Source: a virus (taxonomy: Duplodnaviria > Caudoviricetes). Taken from it: DNA of 64,000 bases. The stretch is from the IMG/VR virus record IMGVR_UViG_641736125_000004, positions 2,172 to 66,171 of that record, one strand, 5' to 3'. This document shows positions 1 to 8,544 of the stretch, one piece after another (the stretch's first letter is position 1; each line of letters begins with the position of its first letter). Made by a program: the position numbers and the translations under genes. The notes below the pieces were generated by a model, which was not told the DNA's origin, searched no databases, and saw only the letters and a program-made list of their open reading frames with translations.

Positions 1-71
1 ATCCGCTCCAGACGGAACCGCGCCGGCGATGGCCGCGAATCTTTCCGCCATCGTAACAATCCAGCCCGGTT

Positions 72-173
72 TATCTCCAGTATCTCCAGCGTTCTCCAAA
101 TCGTTTGGAGACACGCGAAGCCTTACCCCGCAAGGCTTTGCGGCCGATTCAGGCGTTTATCTCCAAATCTCCA
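72..173. repeat. TCTCCA-core iteron-like cluster (putative replication origin of the island)
   Basis: TATCTCCA at 72, 81 and 158, GTTCTCCA at 91, AATCTCCA at 166, inverted TTTGGAGA at 104, and an AAGCCTT..AAGGCTT dyad at about 118-138. Confidence 0.5.
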
Positions 174-351
174 ACTCGTTTTGCATTGAGCGGGCAGACG
201 TCGACCGTCTGCGTCGACCGCAAAGCCAGACGGGGCGCGGCTCTCCGGGATTTGAGGGGCATCAGGGGCGTGTTTTGGACGGGGGTGTCTGCGATGCACC
301 CCGATCGGGCATTGTTGCGCGGGCCGCAAGTGTCGGGGCGGCTGAAAAGCG

Positions 352-438
352 GGGGACCCTGCGTCTAGGGCAAACACGCGGGGGCTCACACCCGCGTTTT
401 CTCTCTAGCCGCGACACCCCAAGGGGGGTCATATTCAT
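352..438 (+). other. cos-like packaging site, homologous to 17292-17376 of the adjacent prophage
   Basis: Three colinear conserved blocks: GGGGACCCT, CACGCGGGGG..C.CACCCGCG..TTT..TCTCTA, and a 17-bp identical AGGGGGGTCATATTCAT. Confidence 0.7.
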
Positions 439-662
439 ACCGAATTGCAGGGAGCCGGCAGTGCGGTGCGAACTCTGAAAAATCGGTGGGAGGCGCGCGC
501 CAAGGGGGGCATATTCGTGCAGTGAGAATGCGGCGAACGCCGCCGCTCGATGGTCCGATCGAGCAGTCTGCAATTTTCGCTAGCACTGCACTTCAGCAAT
601 GTAAGAGGGGGTTGCTGCGGACCTTCGAAGAGCGCGACGAAGCCTTTCGATCGCTCACGAAC

Positions 663-1862
663 TTACTCGGTCCCGTCGATGTCCTCAGCGCGGGGCTTCG
701 CTGCGGGGGAATCCGCAGTCCGCAGTACGGTCTTCTTACAGTGCTTCGGATCGAAGGATTCAATGGGCTCGAACTGCAGATCAAACGGAGTGAAGCGGCC
801 CTTGAACTGCTTCTCGCCGGGCAAAGGTCTGATTTCCCGCCAGTATCCAACATTGTCGTTCGCAATGGGGCCACGTTGGCGGGGCCTCAAGATGCATCTA
901 CATTCGATCTTCGCCCGGATATCGTCCAGCGTGTGAATGTCGGCGTAGTCAGTCGCACACAGCGACATCAAATGGAAAAGACCGCTCAGAGCTGCGGTTG
1001 TCGCAGACAGGCTCGGTTGTTCGCCACTATGAACGAAATCGTTGCGGGCTTTCCTCGCCTCGTTTAATGAGCAATACAACTCTGCGTCGACGATCTTCTT
1101 CTGGAACAAAAGCTCGATACGAGCCGACGTTGTCCAGACGCGATAGTCCTTGAGAAAGCCGCCACGCCGAGGTACCCCCTCCGTCGAAGCTTTCCCTGCC
1201 ACTTCGGCCTCCCAAAGTCGGCTCACTAGTTGTTCGATACTCGTCCATAGACATGTAAGAGCTTCGGCCAGTGAGCCGGAAACAAAGTGGGAGCATCCTG
1301 ACAAGACAATCTCGTGGCTCAGGGGATCGCACTTGTCGACAATCCGTCTGCCTCGTTTTACTGCCTTCGCCAGATCCTTGATTGTTGTTGGCTTCAGATC
1401 AAGTAGGCGAATGTTGTCTATGGAGCTAGCGCTTCGATCACGAAGCGCCGAATGCAATTTCGCCGACGAGCCCGATTCCGGGAAAATTCGAACGTATCCC
1501 GTTTTGTAGAGAACCCCTTGAAAGATGTCGGCTGGGGTTGCCGCTTCCGTATAAATTCCACCGAGAAGCATTTCCAGAAGGACTCGATTGAATATTTGCA
1601 GCGCTTTATCGCGTCGAGAAAATTCCGGAAACGCCGGGAGCGCTAGAGTGCCATCGAAGCCGACGAGCATCGCGTAAGGGGCGACGTTACCGTCGATGAA
1701 GCCGCTCACGCGATTGAGCTTCAGATAGTCGTACGTGCTTCTGTTGATCTGCTCTAGTGTCGGATTCCAGCGATCACGGCGGTCCTTCGCAAACAGCTTG
1801 ATCGGAGCGCTCGCCGCCATGATGAGTGGCGTTCCTTCCGGGATATCATTCTCGGTGGTCAT
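663..1862 (-). CDS. HEPN-domain protein (ApeA-like), candidate anti-phage RNase
   Basis: 399-aa ORF with lower GC. It has a C-terminal RxxxxH motif (RNDFVH) preceded by the helical segment LWTSIEQL typical of HEPN domains. Confidence 0.6.
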   Translation of the reverse strand: MTTENDIPEGTPLIMAASAPIKLFAKDRRDRWNPTLEQINRSTYDYLKLNRVSGFIDGNVAPYAMLVGFDGTLALPAFPEFSRRDKALQIFNRVLLEMLLGGIYTEAATPADIFQGVLYKTGYVRIFPESGSSAKLHSALRDRSASSIDNIRLLDLKPTTIKDLAKAVKRGRRIVDKCDPLSHEIVLSGCSHFVSGSLAEALTCLWTSIEQLVSRLWEAEVAGKASTEGVPRRGGFLKDYRVWTTSARIELLFQKKIVDAELYCSLNEARKARNDFVHSGEQPSLSATTAALSGLFHLMSLCATDYADIHTLDDIRAKIECRCILRPRQRGPIANDNVGYWREIRPLPGEKQFKGRFTPFDLQFEPIESFDPKHCKKTVLRTADSPAAKPRAEDIDGTE

Positions 1863-1912
1863 GTCTCGGGTAGTGAGAGAGTGAGAGGGGGCGCGTGGGT
1901 GATGTTGGCACG

Positions 1913-3127
1913 CTATCGCGCAGACGCGATAGGGATAACTTCCGCCCCGGCCTTAAGGCGATCGAGGTGATCCGCCCAAACCTGCATCATCCGCCTGCGT
2001 TCGGGCAGATATTCGGCGTGGACGTAGGCGGCCGTCACTTGATTTCGTTCGGCGTGTGCCATCTGGCGTTCTACAACGTCCCGGCCGAAGCCGAGTTCAC
2101 GCAGAGCCGTGGCGGCCAGTCCGCGAAACCCGTGCCCCGTCATTCGCGACTTGTAGCCCATGCGATAGAGCGCGTAGAGCATGGTGTTGTTCGAAATATG
2201 GCTCCGGCCTTGCACGCTATAAAACACGAATCGATGCTGGCCGTTGAGCGCGCGGAGCTGGGCGAGCACGTCGAGCGCTTGCCGCGATAGCGGCACGATG
2301 TGCGGGTCGCGCATCTTCATGCGTTCCGGCGGTACGCGCCATTCTGCGGCGGCTTCGTCAAACTCCGACCATTCCGCACGGATCATTTCCGTTGTCCGCA
2401 CAAACGTCAGCGCCATCAGGCGGAGCGCGAGCCGGGTGACTAGGTCGCCTTGGTAAGCATCGATGTCGCGCATGAGTTGCGGGATCTCCGTCGCCTTGAC
2501 GCGGGCCATGTGCTGTACGCCCGGACCTTTCTTCAAGACCGTCTGCGCGTCGATGTCAGCCGCCGGATTCCTGGAGCATCGCCCGGTCATGATTCCGTAC
2601 TGGAAGACCGCGCGAGAGCGCTGGAGAATCCGCTTCGCAGTCTCGCGCACGCCGCGCGCCTCGACTTCGCGAACGATGCTGAGCATCTGTGGCGAGTCGA
2701 TCTCCGCGATCGGGCGAGGGCCGATCTTAGGGAACACGTCGACCTCAAGCGAATTCAGCACCTTCTCCGCGTAGCCGTCGCTCCAGCCCGGACGCTGGGA
2801 GTCGTACCACTCGCGCGCTACCGCTTCGAACGAGTTTGCCGCTGCAATTTCGGCAGCCCGTTTCGCGTCCTTCTTCGCTTCGCCCGGATCGACGCCGGCC
2901 GCGATCTGCTCGCGGGCCTCGTCGCGCTTCTTCCGTGCCGTCGCGAGCGTGACGGCCGGATAGACGCCGAGGGCGAGCGTCTTCTGCTTGCCAAGGAAGC
3001 GGTAGGACAAGCGCCAGTACTTCGCGCCGGTCGGCTGGACGAGCAAGAACATCCCGTTGCCGTCCGTGAGTTTGTACGGGGCCGCGCTGGCCTTCGCGTT
3101 CCGTACCTGTATGTCGGTGAGAGGCAT
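1913..3127 (-). CDS. P4/IntS-family tyrosine integrase
   Basis: N-terminal arm-binding domain MPLTDIQVRNAK..YKLTDGNGMFLLVQPTGAKYWRLSYRF..LALGVYPAVTL. Catalytic residues in FVRTTE, HGFR, MAH and AY. Confidence 0.95.
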   Translation of the reverse strand: MPLTDIQVRNAKASAAPYKLTDGNGMFLLVQPTGAKYWRLSYRFLGKQKTLALGVYPAVTLATARKKRDEAREQIAAGVDPGEAKKDAKRAAEIAAANSFEAVAREWYDSQRPGWSDGYAEKVLNSLEVDVFPKIGPRPIAEIDSPQMLSIVREVEARGVRETAKRILQRSRAVFQYGIMTGRCSRNPAADIDAQTVLKKGPGVQHMARVKATEIPQLMRDIDAYQGDLVTRLALRLMALTFVRTTEMIRAEWSEFDEAAAEWRVPPERMKMRDPHIVPLSRQALDVLAQLRALNGQHRFVFYSVQGRSHISNNTMLYALYRMGYKSRMTGHGFRGLAATALRELGFGRDVVERQMAHAERNQVTAAYVHAEYLPERRRMMQVWADHLDRLKAGAEVIPIASAR

Positions 3128-3181
3128 TGTTGGTATCTGTGTTGTTGGTATCTGCTGATACCAACAACACAGATACCAACA
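3128..3181. repeat. Perfect 25-bp inverted repeat containing four TGTTGGTATC units (integrase arm-type sites)
   Basis: TGTTGGTATCTGTGTTGTTGGTATC-tgct-GATACCAACAACACAGATACCAACA, abutting the integrase ATG. Confidence 0.8.
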
Positions 3182-3293
3182 CTTTCTCCGGCTGTCACTG
3201 AGCAACGTTGGGTAACGATGGGCGCGAGAGGGCCGCCAGACGGGCGTGAGCGGGGAGTTTCTTGCGAATCTTGGGGGAGGTTTGGGGCTTGAC

Positions 3294-3368
3294 TGGTCCC
3301 CCCGACAGGAATCGAACCTGTATCTAGCGCTTAGGAGGCGCTTGTTCTATCCATTGAACTACGGGGAG
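3294..3368 (-). tRNA. tRNA-Arg (anticodon CCT)
   Basis: Reverse complement reads CTCCCCGTAGTTCAATGGATAGAACAAGCGCCTCCTAAGCGCTAGATACAGGTTCGATTCCTGTCGGGGGGACCA: 75 nt, cloverleaf fold, GTTCGA T-loop, encoded CCA. Confidence 0.97.
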
Positions 3369-3390
3369 CGGATAGTTTGAGCGGGATGGA
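3355..3390 (+). repeat. attL core region (36-bp direct repeat, left copy)
   Basis: TGAACTACGGGGAGCGGATAGTTTGAGCGGGATGGA, identical to 50270-50305. It covers the first 14 nt of the tRNA and 22 nt upstream. Confidence 0.9.
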
Positions 3391-3504
3391 TTGAACCCTT
3401 GAAAATCAAGCTCTAAGCCTTGTCCCGCTTGCCTTTCGGCGATTTTCTCCAATCGACTGATGACGCATAATGACATGCGCTGACAGAGGGTTTAACGCCG
3501 CCTC

Positions 3505-3583
3505 TGCTACAATTTTGCTACAAAACCACCCTGTAGCACGCTATGTTCGGACCGCGTTGCTACAGTTTTTCAACGGGGTAGCA
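3505..3583. promoter_or_regulatory. TGCTACA arm-type integrase binding repeats
   Basis: TGCTACAATTTTGCTACA, inverted TGTAGCA, TGCTACAG and GGTAGCA. The same tandem TGCTACAAATTTGCTACA occurs at about 50200 next to attR. Confidence 0.6.
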
Positions 3584-3584
3584 C

Positions 3585-4685
3585 GTGGCGTCAATCATCC
3601 AGATTGGCTCTCGCTGGCGGGCTCAGGTCCGCCGGCTAGGGAGCAAGAGTATATCAAAGACATTCCGAACAAAGGGAGCGGCCGAGGCTTGGGCACGCGA
3701 CATCGAATCGTCGATCGACAAGGGGCGCGAGGCGGCGGTCGAAGAAACCATCACGGTTGGCGAACTGGTGAGGCGCTATCGAGAGGCCAGAAAGGAGTCC
3801 GGCCGACCGATTGGCGAGAAGTCGAATGAACACTACATGCTCGCACGACTAGAAAGTCACTTTGATGATGAAGTAGCCGCGAAGCTGTCAACGCAGCGAT
3901 TGGTCAAGTTCGCTCAATTGCGAAAGAAGGAGGGCGCTGGCCAGTACACCATCGACATGGATATCTCGAAGCTCGGGACCGTTTTCAAGCACATGGCGTC
4001 ACTCCTCGATCTGCGATTGCCGCATGCACCAAGTATCGCGCGGCCGACTCTCGATCACTTGCGGCTTATCGGACCAGGCAACCATCGGAATCGGCGACCG
4101 ACGCGCGATGAGATTGTGAAGATATTCGAGTGGTTCGCGGAGCATCCTGAGCGAGAGCAGGCAGTGCCGGACGTGATTCGTGTCGCTATGAAGAGCGCGT
4201 TCCGTCGCGGCGAATTGTTCCGGCTTACGTGGTCTGATCTGGACGTCGAGCGCCGCCTCGCGCTCGTGCGTGATCGAAAGCACCCTCGGCAGAAGAAAGG
4301 AAACGACGAGTGGGTGCCGTTGATTGGAGACTCGCTCGAAGTACTGCTACGTCAGCCGCGATATCCGGTGCCGCCCGAGTACGAAGCGAAGCGCAAGGCA
4401 GATCCGGCGATCGAGCCGCATCCGAACGAGTTCATATTCCGATTCGACAAGAGCACGGCCAGCAAGTACTTCAAGCGGGCGTGCGTGGACAAAGGAATCG
4501 ACGATTTGCGGCTGCACGATCTTCGGCATGAGGCGACGAGCGCGCTATTCGAGGATGGGTGGGATATCCCGGAGGTGGCGGCCGTTACCGGACACAAGGA
4601 CTGGCGCAACCTGAAGAGGTACACGAATCTGCGACCGGATCAGGTTGCAAAGAAGGGGCAGTTGACGGTCATGAACCGCGATTAG
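3585..4685 (+). CDS. Prophage tyrosine integrase
   Basis: 366 aa. N-terminus MASIIQIGSRWRAQVRRLG, with catalytic motifs FRRGEL, LHDLRH, TGHKD and LKRY. Confidence 0.95.
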   Translation: MASIIQIGSRWRAQVRRLGSKSISKTFRTKGAAEAWARDIESSIDKGREAAVEETITVGELVRRYREARKESGRPIGEKSNEHYMLARLESHFDDEVAAKLSTQRLVKFAQLRKKEGAGQYTIDMDISKLGTVFKHMASLLDLRLPHAPSIARPTLDHLRLIGPGNHRNRRPTRDEIVKIFEWFAEHPEREQAVPDVIRVAMKSAFRRGELFRLTWSDLDVERRLALVRDRKHPRQKKGNDEWVPLIGDSLEVLLRQPRYPVPPEYEAKRKADPAIEPHPNEFIFRFDKSTASKYFKRACVDKGIDDLRLHDLRHEATSALFEDGWDIPEVAAVTGHKDWRNLKRYTNLRPDQVAKKGQLTVMNRD

Positions 4686-4718
4686 TGGAGCCGCGCGGCG
4701 GCGGCCCATGCGCGGCCG

Positions 4719-4949
4719 TCAAGCCGCCTTCCGTCGCGCCTGCGCCGACATTTCATCGAGGTAATCCGCGACGGCATCGTAGGCGGCGAAGCGCCCGCTG
4801 CCCTCCTTGTACGTCGCGATCGGGAACGTCTCGGCGCTAATCTGATTGCGGATAGTTCCCTCCGACATGAGAAGGAGCTGTGCTAGCTGCGCTAACGTCA
4901 TGCGCGGGCCGTACTTCTCAAGTATGTATGCGCGAGTCAGAAGGCTCAT
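4719..4949 (-). CDS. Excisionase / AlpA-like HTH protein
   Basis: 76 aa, MTLAQLAQLLLMSEGTIRNQIS..FP. Last gene of the leftward operon, convergent with int. Confidence 0.75.
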   Translation of the reverse strand: MSLLTRAYILEKYGPRMTLAQLAQLLLMSEGTIRNQISAETFPIATYKEGSGRFAAYDAVADYLDEMSAQARRKAA

Positions 4950-5731
4950 TTGCGTTCTCCCGCGCGAGCCCGGAGCCGATCGAGCCGTTCGAGTTCCGCG
5001 AGGATCAGTGCGGCGGCCTTGACGAGATTGCGACGCTGCGTTGTCGGCTTCCACCAATCGGTGGCCCAAGGCCACGGCGGCGGTGGATCGCCAGCGGGAT
5101 ATGCGAGCGTGTACATGGCATAGCACCCTGCTGCACAGGACATCTCGAGGTCGCCGCATTTATCGTCGTGTTCAGGCGTCCAGCCTTCCTGTTCGATCTG
5201 GCGGCGGCGCTCGATGAGCACGTCGTGAGCAGCGTTGGTTAGTTGTATTGCGATCTGTGCGTCGTTGCTGCCGTTTAGGAGCGATTCAAGCGCGGCCACA
5301 TGCTGCTCGCCGGCTGGATGGCCGGCACATGCGCCGAGCGCAAATTCGATTGCCGCGTTCTGTTCGTGTGTCATCGCGATCGCGGGCGGGGGAGTGGGAT
5401 TTGTGCGGTCGATCTCGCGCAGCAGCGCGGAACGATATTGTCGTATCGTCTGAAACGACATCGAGTATTCGTCGGCGGCGATGAGCAGTCTAAGTCTCGT
5501 GAGCGCTTGGGACGTTGCGCTGCCGGTTGGCTTATTGGGTTCGACTCCATTCAAGGCTTCGCGAAGCTCTGCCGCGCGCGCAGCTCGTGCCCGCATATCA
5601 CGCGATCCTTCGGCCAGCGTGACATAAATCTCGTCATGGTTTTGCCGGTGCGTGTCGATCGTGAGGCGATAGAGCAGATCGCCTTCCTGCAACCAGTTCG
5701 GTGCGGTGTTCTGTTCGTCGTTCATGGTCAT
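4946..5731 (-). CDS. Phage early protein
   Basis: C-terminal DVLIERRRQIEQEGWTPEHDD..WPW..WWKP..RRNLVKAAALILAE domain that is common in phages. ATGA coupling to the next gene. Confidence 0.75.
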   Translation of the reverse strand: MTMNDEQNTAPNWLQEGDLLYRLTIDTHRQNHDEIYVTLAEGSRDMRARAARAAELREALNGVEPNKPTGSATSQALTRLRLLIAADEYSMSFQTIRQYRSALLREIDRTNPTPPPAIAMTHEQNAAIEFALGACAGHPAGEQHVAALESLLNGSNDAQIAIQLTNAAHDVLIERRRQIEQEGWTPEHDDKCGDLEMSCAAGCYAMYTLAYPAGDPPPPWPWATDWWKPTTQRRNLVKAAALILAELERLDRLRARAGERK

Positions 5732-5733
5732 CC

Positions 5734-6180
5734 TCAATTCTGTTCGTGTGGTATCGCCCGGCCGAGCTGCATCAAACCCGTTTCGAGCGTGACGCCGGCC
5801 GCCGCCGCCCACGTGCGAGCGTCCTGCGCTGCCTTGTGCCGTGCGTAGCTGCCGACGTCGTCGGCCATCAGGTCGAGCAGCACGATGTCGGCCGAGTGCG
5901 AGACGTCGCTCACAAGGGCGCGGATCTCGATGCAAAGCGCGTCGAGGCGTGCGTGCATGCCCCTGCGGGCATCCGCAGGGGCTTCGTTTCTCTGGATTGC
6001 TTTTCGCCGCGCACGCGGCGTGTCGTTCTTCTGGATTGCCTTTGCGGGCGCGAGCCCGCGCACACGCTTTGAAACCGCATTGCCGTCGACGCTCGCCAGT
6101 GTGATAGCCGGGCGCTTGTTCGCGCGTTCCCGCTTTCGCGGCAGCGGACGTGGGGTAGAAAGGGCCGGGCGCGGGGTCAT
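5734..6180 (-). CDS. Hypothetical phage protein
   Basis: 148-aa ORF, ATGA-coupled to the upstream gene. Confidence 0.55.
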   Translation of the reverse strand: MTPRPALSTPRPLPRKRERANKRPAITLASVDGNAVSKRVRGLAPAKAIQKNDTPRARRKAIQRNEAPADARRGMHARLDALCIEIRALVSDVSHSADIVLLDLMADDVGSYARHKAAQDARTWAAAAGVTLETGLMQLGRAIPHEQN

Positions 6181-7493
6181 TGGGCTGCCTCCCGCGCCAT
6201 TTCGGGCATCCAGTCGGGGTCGGGCATCGTGAACAGCTTGTCGAGCCACCGCCGAACGCCTGCCATTTCCTTCGCCTTCGAAGCGCTAGTGCTTTCGAGG
6301 GTGCGGGTGAGCACCTGAACCGCAGCCCGGATCGCTTCGACGCGCGTCCTGTACCGGCCGGGGGATTCGCCGTCGATGCGCTTGCATGGCGACGATCCGC
6401 CCGCGCTGTTGAAGGCGTACGAGAAACCGAACTCCCAATCGCCCTCTGCGATCTGCGCGAGCCGAATCTCGACGGACGCGCGCCCGGTGCGCTTCGAGAT
6501 GGGCGCGGACAGGATTTCCGATGGCTCATACACGCCATGCTCGTTTGCCTTGGCGATCGGATATTTCGGCCGACGCGTCGGCACGGCATCGAGCAGGTCT
6601 TCGAAGCCCGTCAACGCGCGATGTACGCCTGCGATCGTGCCCGGCGACAACTTGCCGAAGCCCGGATCGTGCAACACGCTTTGCAGCGCTTGCAAAAGTT
6701 GCTTTGCATGTTGCTCGCCAATCTTCCGTTGAGGCTCGGCGGCGGCCGTTGTCGCGACGCTCTTGGGCGACGCCGTGTGGAGATGCTTTTTCGTGACCTT
6801 CGTCTTGCCCGCGTCTTTCGCTTTCGACAGGCTCGAGACGATCCGCTCCAGCGTCCGTTCCGCGCCGTGCCGTCGTATCTGTTCGATCACGAGCGTGCCG
6901 GAGATGGAGCCGTCTCGGACGAACTGATGAATCTCCGCAGGTGCCTGCTCGAGCAGGCCGACGTCGCGAATGGTTTGATCCGTAACGTTCAGGCGCTTGC
7001 AGATCGTTTTCGTGTCGAGGCCATGTACGTCGCGCAGTTCCGCGACGACCGTGGCGAGGTCGAGCGGAGACGCGCGCTTGCTTTCGTTGCTAAGGTAGCC
7101 GTCGATCACCATCTCGGCGCGTTCAACCGTCTTCGCATCGCGCACGACGACCGGGATCTTGCCGAGGTCCTTTCCCGCACGGATTGCGTTACCAGCGGAG
7201 AGGTAGCGGTGTTGCCCCTTATAGACGTAGATCAGGTCCTTTCCGTCGACTTTCCGGACGTAGCAATGGAGCGGTTGACTCTTGTCGTAGCCGTTGGCGA
7301 TCATCAGCGCGGTGAGGTGCGACACCCACTGTTGATCGACGGGGCGCACGTTGTCGCGTGGATCGTAGTGGAGCTGTTCGTACGGCACCATCCAGAGATC
7401 CGCCGACGTCGCGCCCGCCGCCGCAGCGGCAGCCTTCGCATTGCCGGTGACGATCGGCTCGACGAGCGCGAGCGGTTGGGTGCGGGCGTCCAT
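6177..7493 (-). CDS. ParB/Srx-like domain protein with HTH
   Basis: YDPRDNVR..L..LMIANGYDKSQPL..YVYKGQHRYLSA, followed by HTH LDTKTICKRLNVTDQTIRD. TAATG coupling. Confidence 0.8.
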   Translation of the reverse strand: MDARTQPLALVEPIVTGNAKAAAAAAGATSADLWMVPYEQLHYDPRDNVRPVDQQWVSHLTALMIANGYDKSQPLHCYVRKVDGKDLIYVYKGQHRYLSAGNAIRAGKDLGKIPVVVRDAKTVERAEMVIDGYLSNESKRASPLDLATVVAELRDVHGLDTKTICKRLNVTDQTIRDVGLLEQAPAEIHQFVRDGSISGTLVIEQIRRHGAERTLERIVSSLSKAKDAGKTKVTKKHLHTASPKSVATTAAAEPQRKIGEQHAKQLLQALQSVLHDPGFGKLSPGTIAGVHRALTGFEDLLDAVPTRRPKYPIAKANEHGVYEPSEILSAPISKRTGRASVEIRLAQIAEGDWEFGFSYAFNSAGGSSPCKRIDGESPGRYRTRVEAIRAAVQVLTRTLESTSASKAKEMAGVRRWLDKLFTMPDPDWMPEMAREAAQ

Positions 7494-7942
7494 TACTCGG
7501 ACTCCTGCGGTCGGAGACTGTGAGCGAGTTCCATTGAGCAGTCGAGGATCAGGCGCGACTGCGTTTTCGGTCGCCGAAGCAGGAGATTCGACCAATTCGG
7601 AGCGGTATCAATGCGCTCGACGATCCAGCCGAGCGCGAGAAACGCGCGGATGGCGCGATCGGCCGTCTCGTTGAAAATCCCCGCGCGAACTCGGAGCGCC
7701 CATTTTGCCCGGCCGCTGTAGCGGTATTCGTCGGGTGCGCGGCAGTCTTCGAGGTACATCGAGTAGCCGTCAACGGCAATGTAAACGCCGGTTTCAGCGA
7801 CCAACGCAAGGTCGCGCTCGATCGCTCGGATGTGCTTCTCGGCCTTCTTGAGTTGAGCGAGACGACGCGCATGAATGGCATTCGCGTGAGCGACGATCTC
7901 GTTATACGACGTCGGATGCTTGTAGGTCGTCATGCGCTTCAC
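7493..7942 (-). CDS. Hypothetical phage protein
   Basis: 149-aa ORF with overlapping start/stop codons on both sides. Confidence 0.7.
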   Translation of the reverse strand: MKRMTTYKHPTSYNEIVAHANAIHARRLAQLKKAEKHIRAIERDLALVAETGVYIAVDGYSMYLEDCRAPDEYRYSGRAKWALRVRAGIFNETADRAIRAFLALGWIVERIDTAPNWSNLLLRRPKTQSRLILDCSMELAHSLRPQESE

Positions 7943-8544
7943 GCGGTCCTCCGGTTCTGGATCATCAGTTCGAGTCGCGACACTTCGAGGTCGATGCTCT
8001 GGCGGAACAGGCGCAGGAATCGCAACGTGCGGGTATCCGACCCAAGCAGCGAGTCGACGGAAATCTCAAGCGAGCGGAGATGCGGGAACGAGACGGCGAC
8101 GTGACGTTCCGCGTTTCGCGTGACGATCGTGTGGAGTTCGGGGCGCGTGTGCGCGGATCCGGCGGGCACGGCGGATCGCGACGCATGTCGAGGCGCGAGT
8201 GCGCTGCCGGCATCGTTCGAATAGGTGCCGTCCGCCTGCTTGCAGGGCACCGACAGCGGCGGGGCCGCGTCCGATCCCGTCAGCCAGTACAGGAAACGCA
8301 GGTCGTGCGGGCGCGGTTGGCGGCGCAGCCATCCGCCCCGCGCGAGCTTGTCGATGCATTGCGCAGCCGCGCCCGGCATGTCGGCGAAATGGGTCGTGCA
8401 CACCTCGTCGGACGTCATCGCGTGCGTGGCGTGCCTGAACACGGTCAGGATTCGAGCCGTCAGGTCGGCCCGTTGAGCGGGCGTGAGGTCGACGTATGGA
8501 TTGAGTCGGCGCGGAGCCGCGTTCGGGAGGGCGTTGTCGATCAC
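7939..8544 (-). CDS. Hypothetical phage protein, probable winged-helix
   Basis: RILTVFRH..MTSDEV..AQCIDKLARGGWLRR pattern. GTGA coupling. Confidence 0.6.
   Translation of the reverse strand: MIDNALPNAAPRRLNPYVDLTPAQRADLTARILTVFRHATHAMTSDEVCTTHFADMPGAAAQCIDKLARGGWLRRQPRPHDLRFLYWLTGSDAAPPLSVPCKQADGTYSNDAGSALAPRHASRSAVPAGSAHTRPELHTIVTRNAERHVAVSFPHLRSLEISVDSLLGSDTRTLRFLRLFRQSIDLEVSRLELMIQNRRTA

Larger units (their letters stand above)
1..3293. mobile_element. Right end of a tRNA-Arg-integrated genomic island / phage satellite-like element (continues left of the window)
   Basis: P4-family integrase directly downstream of the tRNA 3' end and reading away from it, with arm-type repeats, an accessory HEPN gene, a cos-like site and iterons. 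The other att end is not in the window. Confidence 0.75.
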
